Source: a virus. Taken from it: DNA of 64,000 nucleotides. The notes beneath the pieces were generated by a model, which worked only from the letters and a program-made list of their open reading frames with translations, had not been told where the DNA came from and made no database searches. The stretch lies in the IMG/VR virus record IMGVR_UViG_3300045988_175974; one strand, given 5' to 3'. Of the stretch, positions 46,322 to 53,770 are shown piece after piece. The position numbers and the translations under genes are program-made. Within the stretch, counting starts at the first letter, position 1. Each line of letters begins with the position of its first letter.

Positions 46322-46340
46322 CCAGCGATAGAATCGCTGG
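46322..46340 (-). repeat. Family B hairpin, copy B2.
   Basis: CCAGCGAT-AGA-ATCGCTGG, 19 nt downstream of the stop of micro-ORF 46359-46517. Confidence 0.85.
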
Positions 46341-46358
46341 GAACGGATGCTCCTCTTC

Positions 46359-46517
46359 TTATTCATAATTGATAATGATCATAAAATCCTTGGCGATGGA
46401 GGAAATAGCGTTACTGATACTTTCTCCGATTTCAAGCCTTTGGGAGTGAGGGTTGGAGTACCAATCACCATCGGCTCTGCCTCTGCTTGCGCAGGTTCTT
46501 ATTCGTATTGCTGCCAT
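46359..46517 (-). CDS. Micro-ORF, 52 aa (MAAIRIRTCASRGRADGDWYSNPHSQRLEIGESISNAISSIAKDFMIIINYE).
   Basis: Hand-translated. It is co-oriented and last in a chain of six compact small ORFs. Confidence 0.35.
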   Translation of the reverse strand: MAAIRIRTCASRGRADGDWYSNPHSQRLEIGESISNAISSIAKDFMIIINYE

Positions 46518-46550
46518 AAAAGATTATCTTTTGTTACGGTGGAAATGCAG

Positions 46551-46682
46551 TTACTCCAGGGGGTAAGGGCTTGGGCGATGATACTTATCCTTATAACGAC
46601 AACCGCCTCTGTCGCCGTGTATCTTGCGATATGCCTTCGCTTCCTCAGTTCGATAGTGGGTGATGATGGCTTGCTTAATCAT
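46551..46682 (-). CDS. Micro-ORF, 43 aa (MIKQAIITHYRTEEAKAYRKIHGDRGGCRYKDKYHRPSPYPLE).
   Basis: Hand-translated. Its N-terminus is paralogous to the next micro-ORF upstream. Confidence 0.35.
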   Translation of the reverse strand: MIKQAIITHYRTEEAKAYRKIHGDRGGCRYKDKYHRPSPYPLE

Positions 46683-46685
46683 ATT

Positions 46686-46862
46686 TTATTCATAACTAAA
46701 GGCAAGGAGATTGTCCTTTGTATGGAAGGTGCCGATACACTGCATCAAGAAGCTGTCACGAAAAAAGATGGTTTTATCCCGATAATCGTTGGTGCCGGTT
46801 TGCTTACGTACTTCCTTGGCGTGCTCTGTTCTCGCCTCGTGAATGGCTAATATCTTAATCAT
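46686..46862 (-). CDS. Micro-ORF, 58 aa (MIKILAIHEARTEHAKEVRKQTGTNDYRDKTIFFRDSFLMQCIGTFHTKDNLLAFSYE).
   Basis: Hand-translated. Its start overlaps the upstream stop in ATGATTAA. Confidence 0.4.
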   Translation of the reverse strand: MIKILAIHEARTEHAKEVRKQTGTNDYRDKTIFFRDSFLMQCIGTFHTKDNLLAFSYE

Positions 46863-46956
46863 ATTCTATTAATACGAAAGGTGGCATATCATTAGGATCA
46901 TCCTCCTCCTCTTCGTGAGGAGGAATGCTGCCTTTATCTATTATAACCTTATTCAT
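46855..46956 (-). CDS. Micro-ORF, 33 aa, acidic (MNKVIIDKGSIPPHEEEEDDPNDMPPFVLIEYD).
   Basis: Hand-translated. It has 8-nt overlaps at both ends. Confidence 0.3.
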   Translation of the reverse strand: MNKVIIDKGSIPPHEEEEDDPNDMPPFVLIEYD

Positions 46957-47092
46957 ACTCTGTTAATATTGCCGCAGCCTTCGTCTGCGAGTTTGTATTT
47001 GGAAGGATATTCGACTCTCCATCCTTGGAGTAGTGAGCCGTGATAACATTCAGAATACCAGGAGGAGTGTTGATTGTTATGATGCTAACCAT
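46949..47092 (-). CDS. Micro-ORF, 47 aa (MVSIITINTPPGILNVITAHYSKDGESNILPNTNSQTKAAAILTEYE).
   Basis: Hand-translated; co-oriented and compact. Confidence 0.3.
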   Translation of the reverse strand: MVSIITINTPPGILNVITAHYSKDGESNILPNTNSQTKAAAILTEYE

Positions 47093-47097
47093 ACTTT

Positions 47098-47247
47098 CTA
47101 ATCATACTCTAATAATATTTTCGGTTTATCTACATCATGCCCTTTGCCCCCTCCACATAGGCATAAAGCGATACCTTTCGGGTGAACAATTATGCCGTTT
47201 TGGGATGGACTATAAGAGCCAAGGATGATAGGACGATTACAAATCAT
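47098..47247 (-). CDS. 49-aa ORF resembling the target-recognition-domain segment of C5 methyltransferases (...IVHPKGIALCLCGGGKGH...).
   Basis: Its start overlaps the methyltransferase stop (ATGA). It resembles the GIAxTLxAxxGG segment of Dcm-type enzymes. Confidence 0.4.
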   Translation of the reverse strand: MICNRPIILGSYSPSQNGIIVHPKGIALCLCGGGKGHDVDKPKILLEYD

Positions 47248-48542
47248 TTCTTCTCCAAAAACTGATGATACATACTTTCCAACTTAGGATTTGAGAACTT
47301 GCCGTTTTCTTTCCAATCGTTGAACAACGTCATTACGTCGGTATGGATGGAAGAAAGCTTTTCCTGCATCTCTTTCGGAGTGTGGTACCAAAGATGCGAC
47401 TCTTTCGTGAAGAGGGTGAGGATGGCTTTCAATGCCATGGCGTTCTCATGGCTCGGCTCTATCTCAAACTGATGGAAGACGCAGGTGTCTTTATCGTTTG
47501 CCTGAAGGAACTTGCTGACGGCTTCATCTTTCAGGAAGAACCTTATATCTACTTCTTCCTGCAACACATCTTCCAACTTTCTCTTCAGCGGAATAGGGTC
47601 TGGGAACTGATAATCGAAGGCTACATCTTTTCTCATTGAGAGACAGAAAACACGGTCACGGTTCTGCGGAACACCATAGTCTTTGGCATTGAGGCGTGCC
47701 CATCGGCTTACGTAGCCGAGAGAAGAGAGTTTATCAAGCCACTTCTGAAAATCGGGCATAAACTTTTCGCTTACCAGGGCTGCCACGTTCTCCTGGAGCA
47801 GATACTTCGGACGCAAAACTTCTACGGCATCGGCTACTCTCCACAATAATGCCGAGCGGGTATCGGAGCCTTCCTTCAAGCCCATCTGCTTGCCGGCTTG
47901 CGATATATCCTGACAAGGTGAGGAATAGGTGAAAAGGTCGATTCCTTGCCCCCCCACATTATTCTTTACCTGTTGCCAGTCGATTTTGGTTATATCGCCC
48001 AAGGCTTTGTCAGCAAACTGCGGAAAGATAAGGTCGTGCATCTGACAGGCGTATTTGTCTATATCGCTCCAGCCTACACATGTCCAACGGAAATCAGGAT
48101 GCTGCTGGGCAAGGACATCGGCTGCCATGAGCTGCGAGTCATAACCGGAGAAGGTGGTGAGAATAAGTTTTTCACCGTGGTTCTTATCTACCGGATAGGG
48201 TGGAAGTTGGTCTTTTGGGAAGAAATCGGCAAAGAAAGAGGTCTGCGTCTCACGCTTTGGCTCTTTCGGATACCAGAGTTGCTGATAGATGGCTGCGAGC
48301 ACATCTACCACGATGGAGTTACCTGCTTGCTTGTATTGCTGACTGGCTGATACTGCCATATCTTCTGCCTTTCCCTTGCTCTTATAGCCAGCTACTCGCT
48401 CGGCTGCCTGGGCATTGGTACTCTGCATCGTGCGAATTACATCATCTCGCACACCCATCAATCGGAAACACTCGAAAGGTGTCAGCTTTCGGATGGCATA
48501 AGACTTAATGGTTTTATCCTTGAAATTGAACTTTGTTATCAT
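47244..48542 (-). CDS. DNA (cytosine-5) methyltransferase with circularly permuted motif order (IX-X precede I-VIII).
   Basis: N-terminus RKLTPFECFRLMG and QAGNSIVVDV (motifs IX/X), then TTFSGYDS (I), SSPCQDIS (IV), LLQENV (VI) and QNRDRVF (VIII). Confidence 0.85.
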   Translation of the reverse strand: MITKFNFKDKTIKSYAIRKLTPFECFRLMGVRDDVIRTMQSTNAQAAERVAGYKSKGKAEDMAVSASQQYKQAGNSIVVDVLAAIYQQLWYPKEPKRETQTSFFADFFPKDQLPPYPVDKNHGEKLILTTFSGYDSQLMAADVLAQQHPDFRWTCVGWSDIDKYACQMHDLIFPQFADKALGDITKIDWQQVKNNVGGQGIDLFTYSSPCQDISQAGKQMGLKEGSDTRSALLWRVADAVEVLRPKYLLQENVAALVSEKFMPDFQKWLDKLSSLGYVSRWARLNAKDYGVPQNRDRVFCLSMRKDVAFDYQFPDPIPLKRKLEDVLQEEVDIRFFLKDEAVSKFLQANDKDTCVFHQFEIEPSHENAMALKAILTLFTKESHLWYHTPKEMQEKLSSIHTDVMTLFNDWKENGKFSNPKLESMYHQFLEKK

Positions 48543-48596
48543 TTTGTTTTGCTCTATAAATCGTTAATCAAAGGCTGTTGTCTAACCATATACAAA

Positions 48597-48968
48597 TCAA
48601 GAGAACGAGTCAGGCTCCAAATTGGCAATATAACAATAACGCTGCACGTCGTTTTCGCTAATGAACATTTGCCAATTCTGTTCGTCGTGGGAGAAATGTT
48701 CATGCACAAAATGAGTGCCATCGCGTCGCCAACAAAGAAGCGACCCTATGCAATGCGGTTTCTCTCTGGCTGGGTGCAACAGTTGAACAATGTTGCGATA
48801 TTCTGCTGTTTCATTCACTTCTTCATCACAAAGGGACACATTTTTGACGCTTATGCCATTTGCTTCATTCTCAAGACAAACTACATCTTCTGTTGTCTGA
48901 CTTTCTATCATTTCAAGAGCCTTTGATGATAAGAATATCACGTTAGGCAGTCTGTTGTTTCTTTCCAT
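48597..48968 (-). CDS. Hypothetical protein (123 aa).
   Basis: ATG-initiated ORF co-oriented with its neighbours. Confidence 0.5.
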   Translation of the reverse strand: MERNNRLPNVIFLSSKALEMIESQTTEDVVCLENEANGISVKNVSLCDEEVNETAEYRNIVQLLHPAREKPHCIGSLLCWRRDGTHFVHEHFSHDEQNWQMFISENDVQRYCYIANLEPDSFS

Positions 48969-48990
48969 AATCTTATTGTTTTTATAATCA

Positions 48991-50097
48991 TTATTTCCCT
49001 CTCCTCATCTTTTCCATTTCCTCATTCTCTTTCGACAACCTTTCCAGGTGTTCGAGAACCAGGGAATAGGATTGAGTGTTGACCTGATCTTCTGTTAGGC
49101 CGGCATACTTTTGCATCGTAGCGGTGGTGGCGGTGTAGATTTCCATCGGGGTTTGCAGCTTCTTATTATCTACCTTCTGCACCTTGAATACATGAGGGTA
49201 GCGATGGGCTAGGGTGTGCATGATGCCACTCCACCAGAAGAGGATAACCTGCCAGTTGGCTTCCGGATATTTGACGAAATAACCTGCGTTCTCGGTAAAC
49301 TGCTTTGACTCGTAATGAAAATCGTATTTCGTGATGCCTGTTGTCGGGTCGACGTACTGGGTGGTGGTGTTGAAGATGGTGGCAAGGAACATGTTTCTGG
49401 CACTGGCTACACTCTGGGCTTGCGTCTGGAGTTGTTCCTCGGTGAACTTATTCATCTGCTTCATCTTTACCAGATTATTGCTTAACTTAGTGTAGGTCTG
49501 CATCATATCACTGGCAAAACGGTATTGCTGCCAGGAGAAGCCATCGAGGTCTTGGTGCGGACCTTGGAAGGCTTTTGCACGACGGTACCACTTGGTTTTC
49601 TGCCGGATAGATGGATAGGGGAAGCGGGTGAGGAAATTACCGCTATCTGCATCCAGCCAGTCGAGAAGACCTGCGCCCTGAGCGATGTACTCAGGGGAGG
49701 TCTTATCATCGGTCTTGGCTTTCGAGGAGAGCCAATAGTTGAGCTGCCAGAGATAGAGGGGGAAGGGGATAGCCGATTGGGTACCAGCGATAGAATCGCT
49801 GGGAACAGGGGTACAGATGGTGAGGAGCTTCTTCAGGAGGCTCTTCTTCTGCGGCTCTATGCTTACCAGGTAGTGCTGCTCATTGATGGGCAGACGAGGG
49901 TCGGGGTAGGCATTGATGCTTATCCCCGCAAAAAGGAAGAAAACGGCTATCTTCACCTTCTGCATATCGAAGGGGTGATAGCGGTCTGCCTTGGATTTCT
50001 CTATCTGCTCCAGCATGATGAGGGCAATCTGCTCTAGCTGGGAAGGGGTGCATTGGTTCCAGCCCTTTGGAATTGTAAGATTTATTTGTTCTTGCAT
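48991..50097 (-). CDS. Hypothetical protein (368 aa). It contains an in-frame copy of the family B hairpin.
   Basis: Long ORF. The hairpin at 49784-49802 encodes ...VPSDSIAG... Confidence 0.6.
   Translation of the reverse strand: MQEQINLTIPKGWNQCTPSQLEQIALIMLEQIEKSKADRYHPFDMQKVKIAVFFLFAGISINAYPDPRLPINEQHYLVSIEPQKKSLLKKLLTICTPVPSDSIAGTQSAIPFPLYLWQLNYWLSSKAKTDDKTSPEYIAQGAGLLDWLDADSGNFLTRFPYPSIRQKTKWYRRAKAFQGPHQDLDGFSWQQYRFASDMMQTYTKLSNNLVKMKQMNKFTEEQLQTQAQSVASARNMFLATIFNTTTQYVDPTTGITKYDFHYESKQFTENAGYFVKYPEANWQVILFWWSGIMHTLAHRYPHVFKVQKVDNKKLQTPMEIYTATTATMQKYAGLTEDQVNTQSYSLVLEHLERLSKENEEMEKMRRGK
49784..49802 (-). repeat. Family B hairpin, copy B3, inside a coding sequence.
   Basis: CCAGCGAT-AGA-ATCGCTGG with the conserved GGGAAC flank. 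Confidence 0.85.
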
Positions 50098-50116
50098 ATT
50101 CTTAATTTTTAAAGGT

Positions 50117-50207
50117 AAAAAAGCTTTTGCCCTTACAGGGCGACTTACTGATTGCTATTATACCCAGGGTGCTGCCCTGGGCTAGGAGCTTCTGCCCTTT
50201 CAGGGCG
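50117..50207 (-). repeat. Family A repeat, copy A5.
   Basis: AAAAGCTTTTGCCCTTACAGGGCG...TACCCAGGGTGCTGCCCTGGGCTAGGAGCTTCTGCCCTTTCAGGGCG. Confidence 0.85.
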
Positions 50208-50240
50208 TGTGGGGTTAAGGTTCTTTTTACCTTTTTACCT

Positions 50241-50855
50241 TTAGAACGGCAGGTCGCTGTTAGGATCATCGTAACCTGGCATTGATGAGTAATCATTGCC
50301 TCCATCTGCTGGCGGTACATAGGCGGTAGCGTTGCCAGCGGCTCCGTAGGCTTGCTGTGGGTACGTCTGCTGCTGGGCGGTAGGCTGTGGCTGATAGAGG
50401 CTGGCGATACGCTTATTCATGCGGGTGCGGATTGCCTTGAAGAGGTGAGAGTTCTCATCGTTGAAATCCTGATTTACGATGTCAGGGTCTTTCTCCTTAC
50501 TATACTCCTTTACCTGTTCTACGAGTTTCGGGAATGCTTTGGCTACTGCCTTGACGTACTCGGTGGAGAATGATATTTGCATTTCGTGGGTAGGCACACT
50601 TTTTTCGGTGTCGCCACGCTCGATATTACTCTGTCGAATCTTATTCTTGTACGAATCTTTAAAAGGTTCGATGTGAACTCTCAACTTAGCCACCTGTCTG
50701 TTAACATTATCTTTTTGATATGTCTCTATTCGAATTTCGTTTACATCGAGAGGAATGCAAACATAAGGACGCTTTGCATTCTTCTCATCGATACCTACTA
50801 AGACCTTTGCTCCATTCAGAGACAAAAGGTCAACATTTCCATTGTAAGAAGCCAT
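50241..50855 (-). CDS. Single-stranded DNA-binding protein-like (204 aa).
   Basis: A Q/P/Y/G-rich linker is followed by an acidic C-terminal tip, DDPNSDLPF, resembling the SSB D-D-D-(I/L)-P-F tail. The N-terminal fold was not verified. Confidence 0.5.
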   Translation of the reverse strand: MASYNGNVDLLSLNGAKVLVGIDEKNAKRPYVCIPLDVNEIRIETYQKDNVNRQVAKLRVHIEPFKDSYKNKIRQSNIERGDTEKSVPTHEMQISFSTEYVKAVAKAFPKLVEQVKEYSKEKDPDIVNQDFNDENSHLFKAIRTRMNKRIASLYQPQPTAQQQTYPQQAYGAAGNATAYVPPADGGNDYSSMPGYDDPNSDLPF

Positions 50856-50874
50856 TTTTTACTTTATTTATTTG

Positions 50875-51429
50875 TTAAAAACTTATTTTCATTCCACCAT
50901 TGGTGATGAGACTGCCGTAACTGATGGCATTGAGGCGACGGAGCCAGCCTGCCTCAAATTCTTTCTGGCTAGGACGCTTGGCGAAGACGCGTGCGATATA
51001 CTGCTTGCGGCGTGCCTTGATGCGCTCGAAGAACTGCTTAGGGGGCTGTGCATTGAGCGCCTTGAGGGTCTTGCTGCCCACGATACCATCGGCGGTTACT
51101 CCTAGCATTGCCTGCACGAGGGTGATGCCTGGGGTACCACTAAGCCATACCCAATCTACCAGGATATTGGCGATGCTCTGGTCTTTGATAGCATCGGCTT
51201 TCCATCGGTTCCAATAACAGCGGCGAAGGATGGAGATAGCATCGGCTTTGGTGATAAGCTTCACGTCCTTTGCGTCTATGCGGCCATCGTTATTCTTGTC
51301 GTAACCTTGGGTCTGCCAGGTTTTGAGGGTTACGCCCATGTTGGTAGGACCGCCCTTATCGTTTGGGTGGTTCACGTAACCTCCCTCGAAGGAGAGAATG
51401 AAATCTGCAAGAGGTTGAATCTTTGCCAT
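50875..51429 (-). CDS. Endolysin: GH108-type N-acetylmuramidase with a C-terminal peptidoglycan-binding domain.
   Basis: N-terminus FILSFEGGYVNHPNDKGGPTNMGVT and C-terminus VTADGIVGSKTLKALN. Confidence 0.8.
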   Translation of the reverse strand: MAKIQPLADFILSFEGGYVNHPNDKGGPTNMGVTLKTWQTQGYDKNNDGRIDAKDVKLITKADAISILRRCYWNRWKADAIKDQSIANILVDWVWLSGTPGITLVQAMLGVTADGIVGSKTLKALNAQPPKQFFERIKARRKQYIARVFAKRPSQKEFEAGWLRRLNAISYGSLITNGGMKISF

Positions 51430-51462
51430 ATCTTTTCTGTTTTATCGTTTTTATTCTGATGG

Positions 51463-51499
51463 CAAAGATAGCAAATGCTAAAAAGATGACGGGGACAAA
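51463..51499 (-). promoter_or_regulatory. Promoter: TTTGTCCCC, N20 spacer, TATCTTTGCC.
   Basis: Plus strand shows CAAAGATA at 51463-51470 and GGGGACAAA at 51491-51499. Confidence 0.55.
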
Positions 51500-51619
51500 G
51501 AAAGCCTCCCTGCGGCTTTTACAGGCGCAAAGAGGCTTCAAAAAATGTTATCCCAATCTTTTTACTTTAAATACTTGCACTCGCTAGTGCGAAATCCATA
51601 TTACCTATATCAAAACAAA

Positions 51620-52120
51620 CTACATCGTAGCGTGAGCGGACATATAGTCCCATATCTTAGTACAATCGTCTTCTTCGGGTTGCCAGTCAGCATCCTGGAA
51701 ATAGAAGAGATAAGCTGCCTTGATGATTTCATCTTCTGTCATATCGCTGCACAGGTCAGCATACATGGCATTAAAGGCAACATATTTATCCCAATCGTTC
51801 ACCTTTTCACGGAACTTCATGCCCTTGGTGGCATTCACTATCTGCGATTTGGTCCAATGCGCTCCGGATCCTACCAACTCACCATTCTCACCTTTCTTGC
51901 TGTACACAAGATGGCAGACATCATGGTTGGCCATTTTCTCACTGTAATGACGATCATAGAACACTGCGTGCTGGTGACGGAGGATGCACCAGTACAATTC
52001 CGGATTTGTTTCCTCCAGGGAGGCGAGGTCGCAGCTCAACTGCTCCATCGCCTCCATCATCTTCTTCTCAGTAGCCACGCCGTGAGCGCGGGCCTGATCT
52101 ATCAACTGAATATACTTCAT
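51620..52120 (-). CDS. Hypothetical protein (166 aa).
   Basis: ATG-initiated ORF co-oriented with its neighbours. Confidence 0.55.
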   Translation of the reverse strand: MKYIQLIDQARAHGVATEKKMMEAMEQLSCDLASLEETNPELYWCILRHQHAVFYDRHYSEKMANHDVCHLVYSKKGENGELVGSGAHWTKSQIVNATKGMKFREKVNDWDKYVAFNAMYADLCSDMTEDEIIKAAYLFYFQDADWQPEEDDCTKIWDYMSAHATM

Positions 52121-52152
52121 CGTCTCTTACCTTTCCTTTTGTTGGTGGATAG

Positions 52153-52575
52153 TCATGCGATGGTGAGTGTTAACGGAGCATCGCACACGAAAGTCTTGCT
52201 GCAGGAGCAGCAGGCTACCTTGACAAGACGGTTTTTCACGCTGCCAAGAGATGTGGTAACGTTCGTGATTGCCGTAGCAGAGAAGACAGGAATGGTGAAA
52301 TCCTGACTTACTACCTGCGAGCGGGTGCAGCAGGAGCCACAGTTGCAAGGCACGTAACTGATAACACCCTCTACATGAATCGTTATGAGATATTGCGAAG
52401 TACCCACGTTGTCAATACTCTTTACAGAGAACTGAGGGTTGAAAACCGGAGTCTCGTCCACACATGAAGGAGCACAGAGCTGCTGCGTGATATTTACATC
52501 ATAATAGGGAGCAGTGGCGGTTGCACCTACTGCAAGCGTAGCCATGATGCAGGCTGGAATTGTTCTTTTGTTCAT
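52153..52575 (-). CDS. Secreted Cys-rich protein (140 aa).
   Basis: Signal-peptide-like N-terminus MNKRTIPACIMATLAVGATATA. Cys clusters CNCGSCC and ACCSC. Confidence 0.55.
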   Translation of the reverse strand: MNKRTIPACIMATLAVGATATAPYYDVNITQQLCAPSCVDETPVFNPQFSVKSIDNVGTSQYLITIHVEGVISYVPCNCGSCCTRSQVVSQDFTIPVFSATAITNVTTSLGSVKNRLVKVACCSCSKTFVCDAPLTLTIA

Positions 52576-52616
52576 AGTCTTTTCTGTTTTAATAGAGCGA
52601 CGACTTCACCGCCGCA

Positions 52617-53039
52617 TTAATGTTTCACCTGATAGCCCTGCGTCTTCTCTACCGGAAGGTTCTTCTGAAGAAGGTCGGCGAGTTCGTCAAGATCCTCCTC
52701 GTCAAAGGTTATCACACCCTCCAGGATAGAGAGCGGTCCTTTGTAGCGAAGCTGCTCTACCACATCGTGCGCCATCTGCGGAATGCTCTCTTCGGGAATG
52801 TTCCCGAAATACTTGGCGAGCATCGGGGTGACAAGCGCATTGACCACAGGCTGAATCATCGGTTCTATATCGGCTTGCAGAGAATAGTTGCCGCTCACCA
52901 GTCCCATGCTGCCGATGGTAGCCTGGAGAGACTGGAGCATAGGCAAGTTCATCAGATTGCCAGCCGCTATCTGAGAGATGGCAGGGCGTGCCCATTCGGA
53001 CACCACCGCTGCCAGGATTTGCGAGTTCTTGTAATCCAT
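52617..53039 (-). CDS. Hypothetical protein (140 aa).
   Basis: ATG-initiated ORF co-oriented with its neighbours. Confidence 0.5.
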   Translation of the reverse strand: MDYKNSQILAAVVSEWARPAISQIAAGNLMNLPMLQSLQATIGSMGLVSGNYSLQADIEPMIQPVVNALVTPMLAKYFGNIPEESIPQMAHDVVEQLRYKGPLSILEGVITFDEEDLDELADLLQKNLPVEKTQGYQVKH

Positions 53040-53069
53040 ATCGTTTCTTCCTTTTATCCGAAAATACGG

Positions 53070-53582
53070 TTACTGATTACAAGCGCATCCACATCCCATC
53101 TGACAAACATTGCCCGATGGAATCATCAACTTAGTAACATTCAAAAGTGAAGCCACCTGCGATTTCAGCACGTCGATATTGGCGTTGGCAGCGGCATTGT
53201 ATGCCATCTGCTCTGCGTTGACCGCCTGCTGTGCATCCTTGTTGGCATCCACCTTGTTTTCGAGCTGGCGAATCTTACCGTCAAGATACTGAGTAACCTC
53301 TACCATCTTCTTGTCGGTATAGTTCTCACTCTTCTGGATAGCAAGTTCCGTCTTCAATGTAGAGTTCTCCTGAATAAGGTTGGTCTCACTCTTGGTTACA
53401 AAGCGTGCATCCGGATCACTCGGATTGGCAGTCATGCCATTGTTGCCTCTGCCGAGGTTAAACAAGGATGCACCGCCACCCAGCAAACTGGTAGCCAAAC
53501 CTGCGATACCAAGTCCAAGGGCGGTATTACCCAATCCCTTGCTGGCAACATCATAGTTGCCATCATTCGTTTTTACCTGCAT
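53070..53582 (-). CDS. Membrane-anchored coiled-coil protein (170 aa) with the Cys-rich tail CQMGCGCACNQ. Possibly lysis-associated.
   Basis: G/A/L-rich transmembrane-like segment GNTALGLGIAGLATSLLGGGASLF, followed by heptad-like sequence. Confidence 0.5.
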   Translation of the reverse strand: MQVKTNDGNYDVASKGLGNTALGLGIAGLATSLLGGGASLFNLGRGNNGMTANPSDPDARFVTKSETNLIQENSTLKTELAIQKSENYTDKKMVEVTQYLDGKIRQLENKVDANKDAQQAVNAEQMAYNAAANANIDVLKSQVASLLNVTKLMIPSGNVCQMGCGCACNQ

Positions 53583-53770
53583 AGTTTTTTGTGTTTAAAT
53601 TCTTCCAATATCGGAATCGTATGCAAAGGTAATAGGAATGAAGTAAACAGAAAAGTGATTTTCATTAGATGTTCTTGCGGATAAATCATGAAGCAGGAAC
53701 ACTAATAGACAGATAAGAAAAAGTACAAACGTGCAGAAGTACATAAGTACAAATGTACTTTGGTACCAAA

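Noticed and set aside
46347-46850. 167-aa plus-strand ORF in the methyltransferase-portal interval.
   Set aside because: It is opposite to all neighbouring genes and has no promoter box. The minus strand instead carries a coherent chain of overlapping small ORFs.
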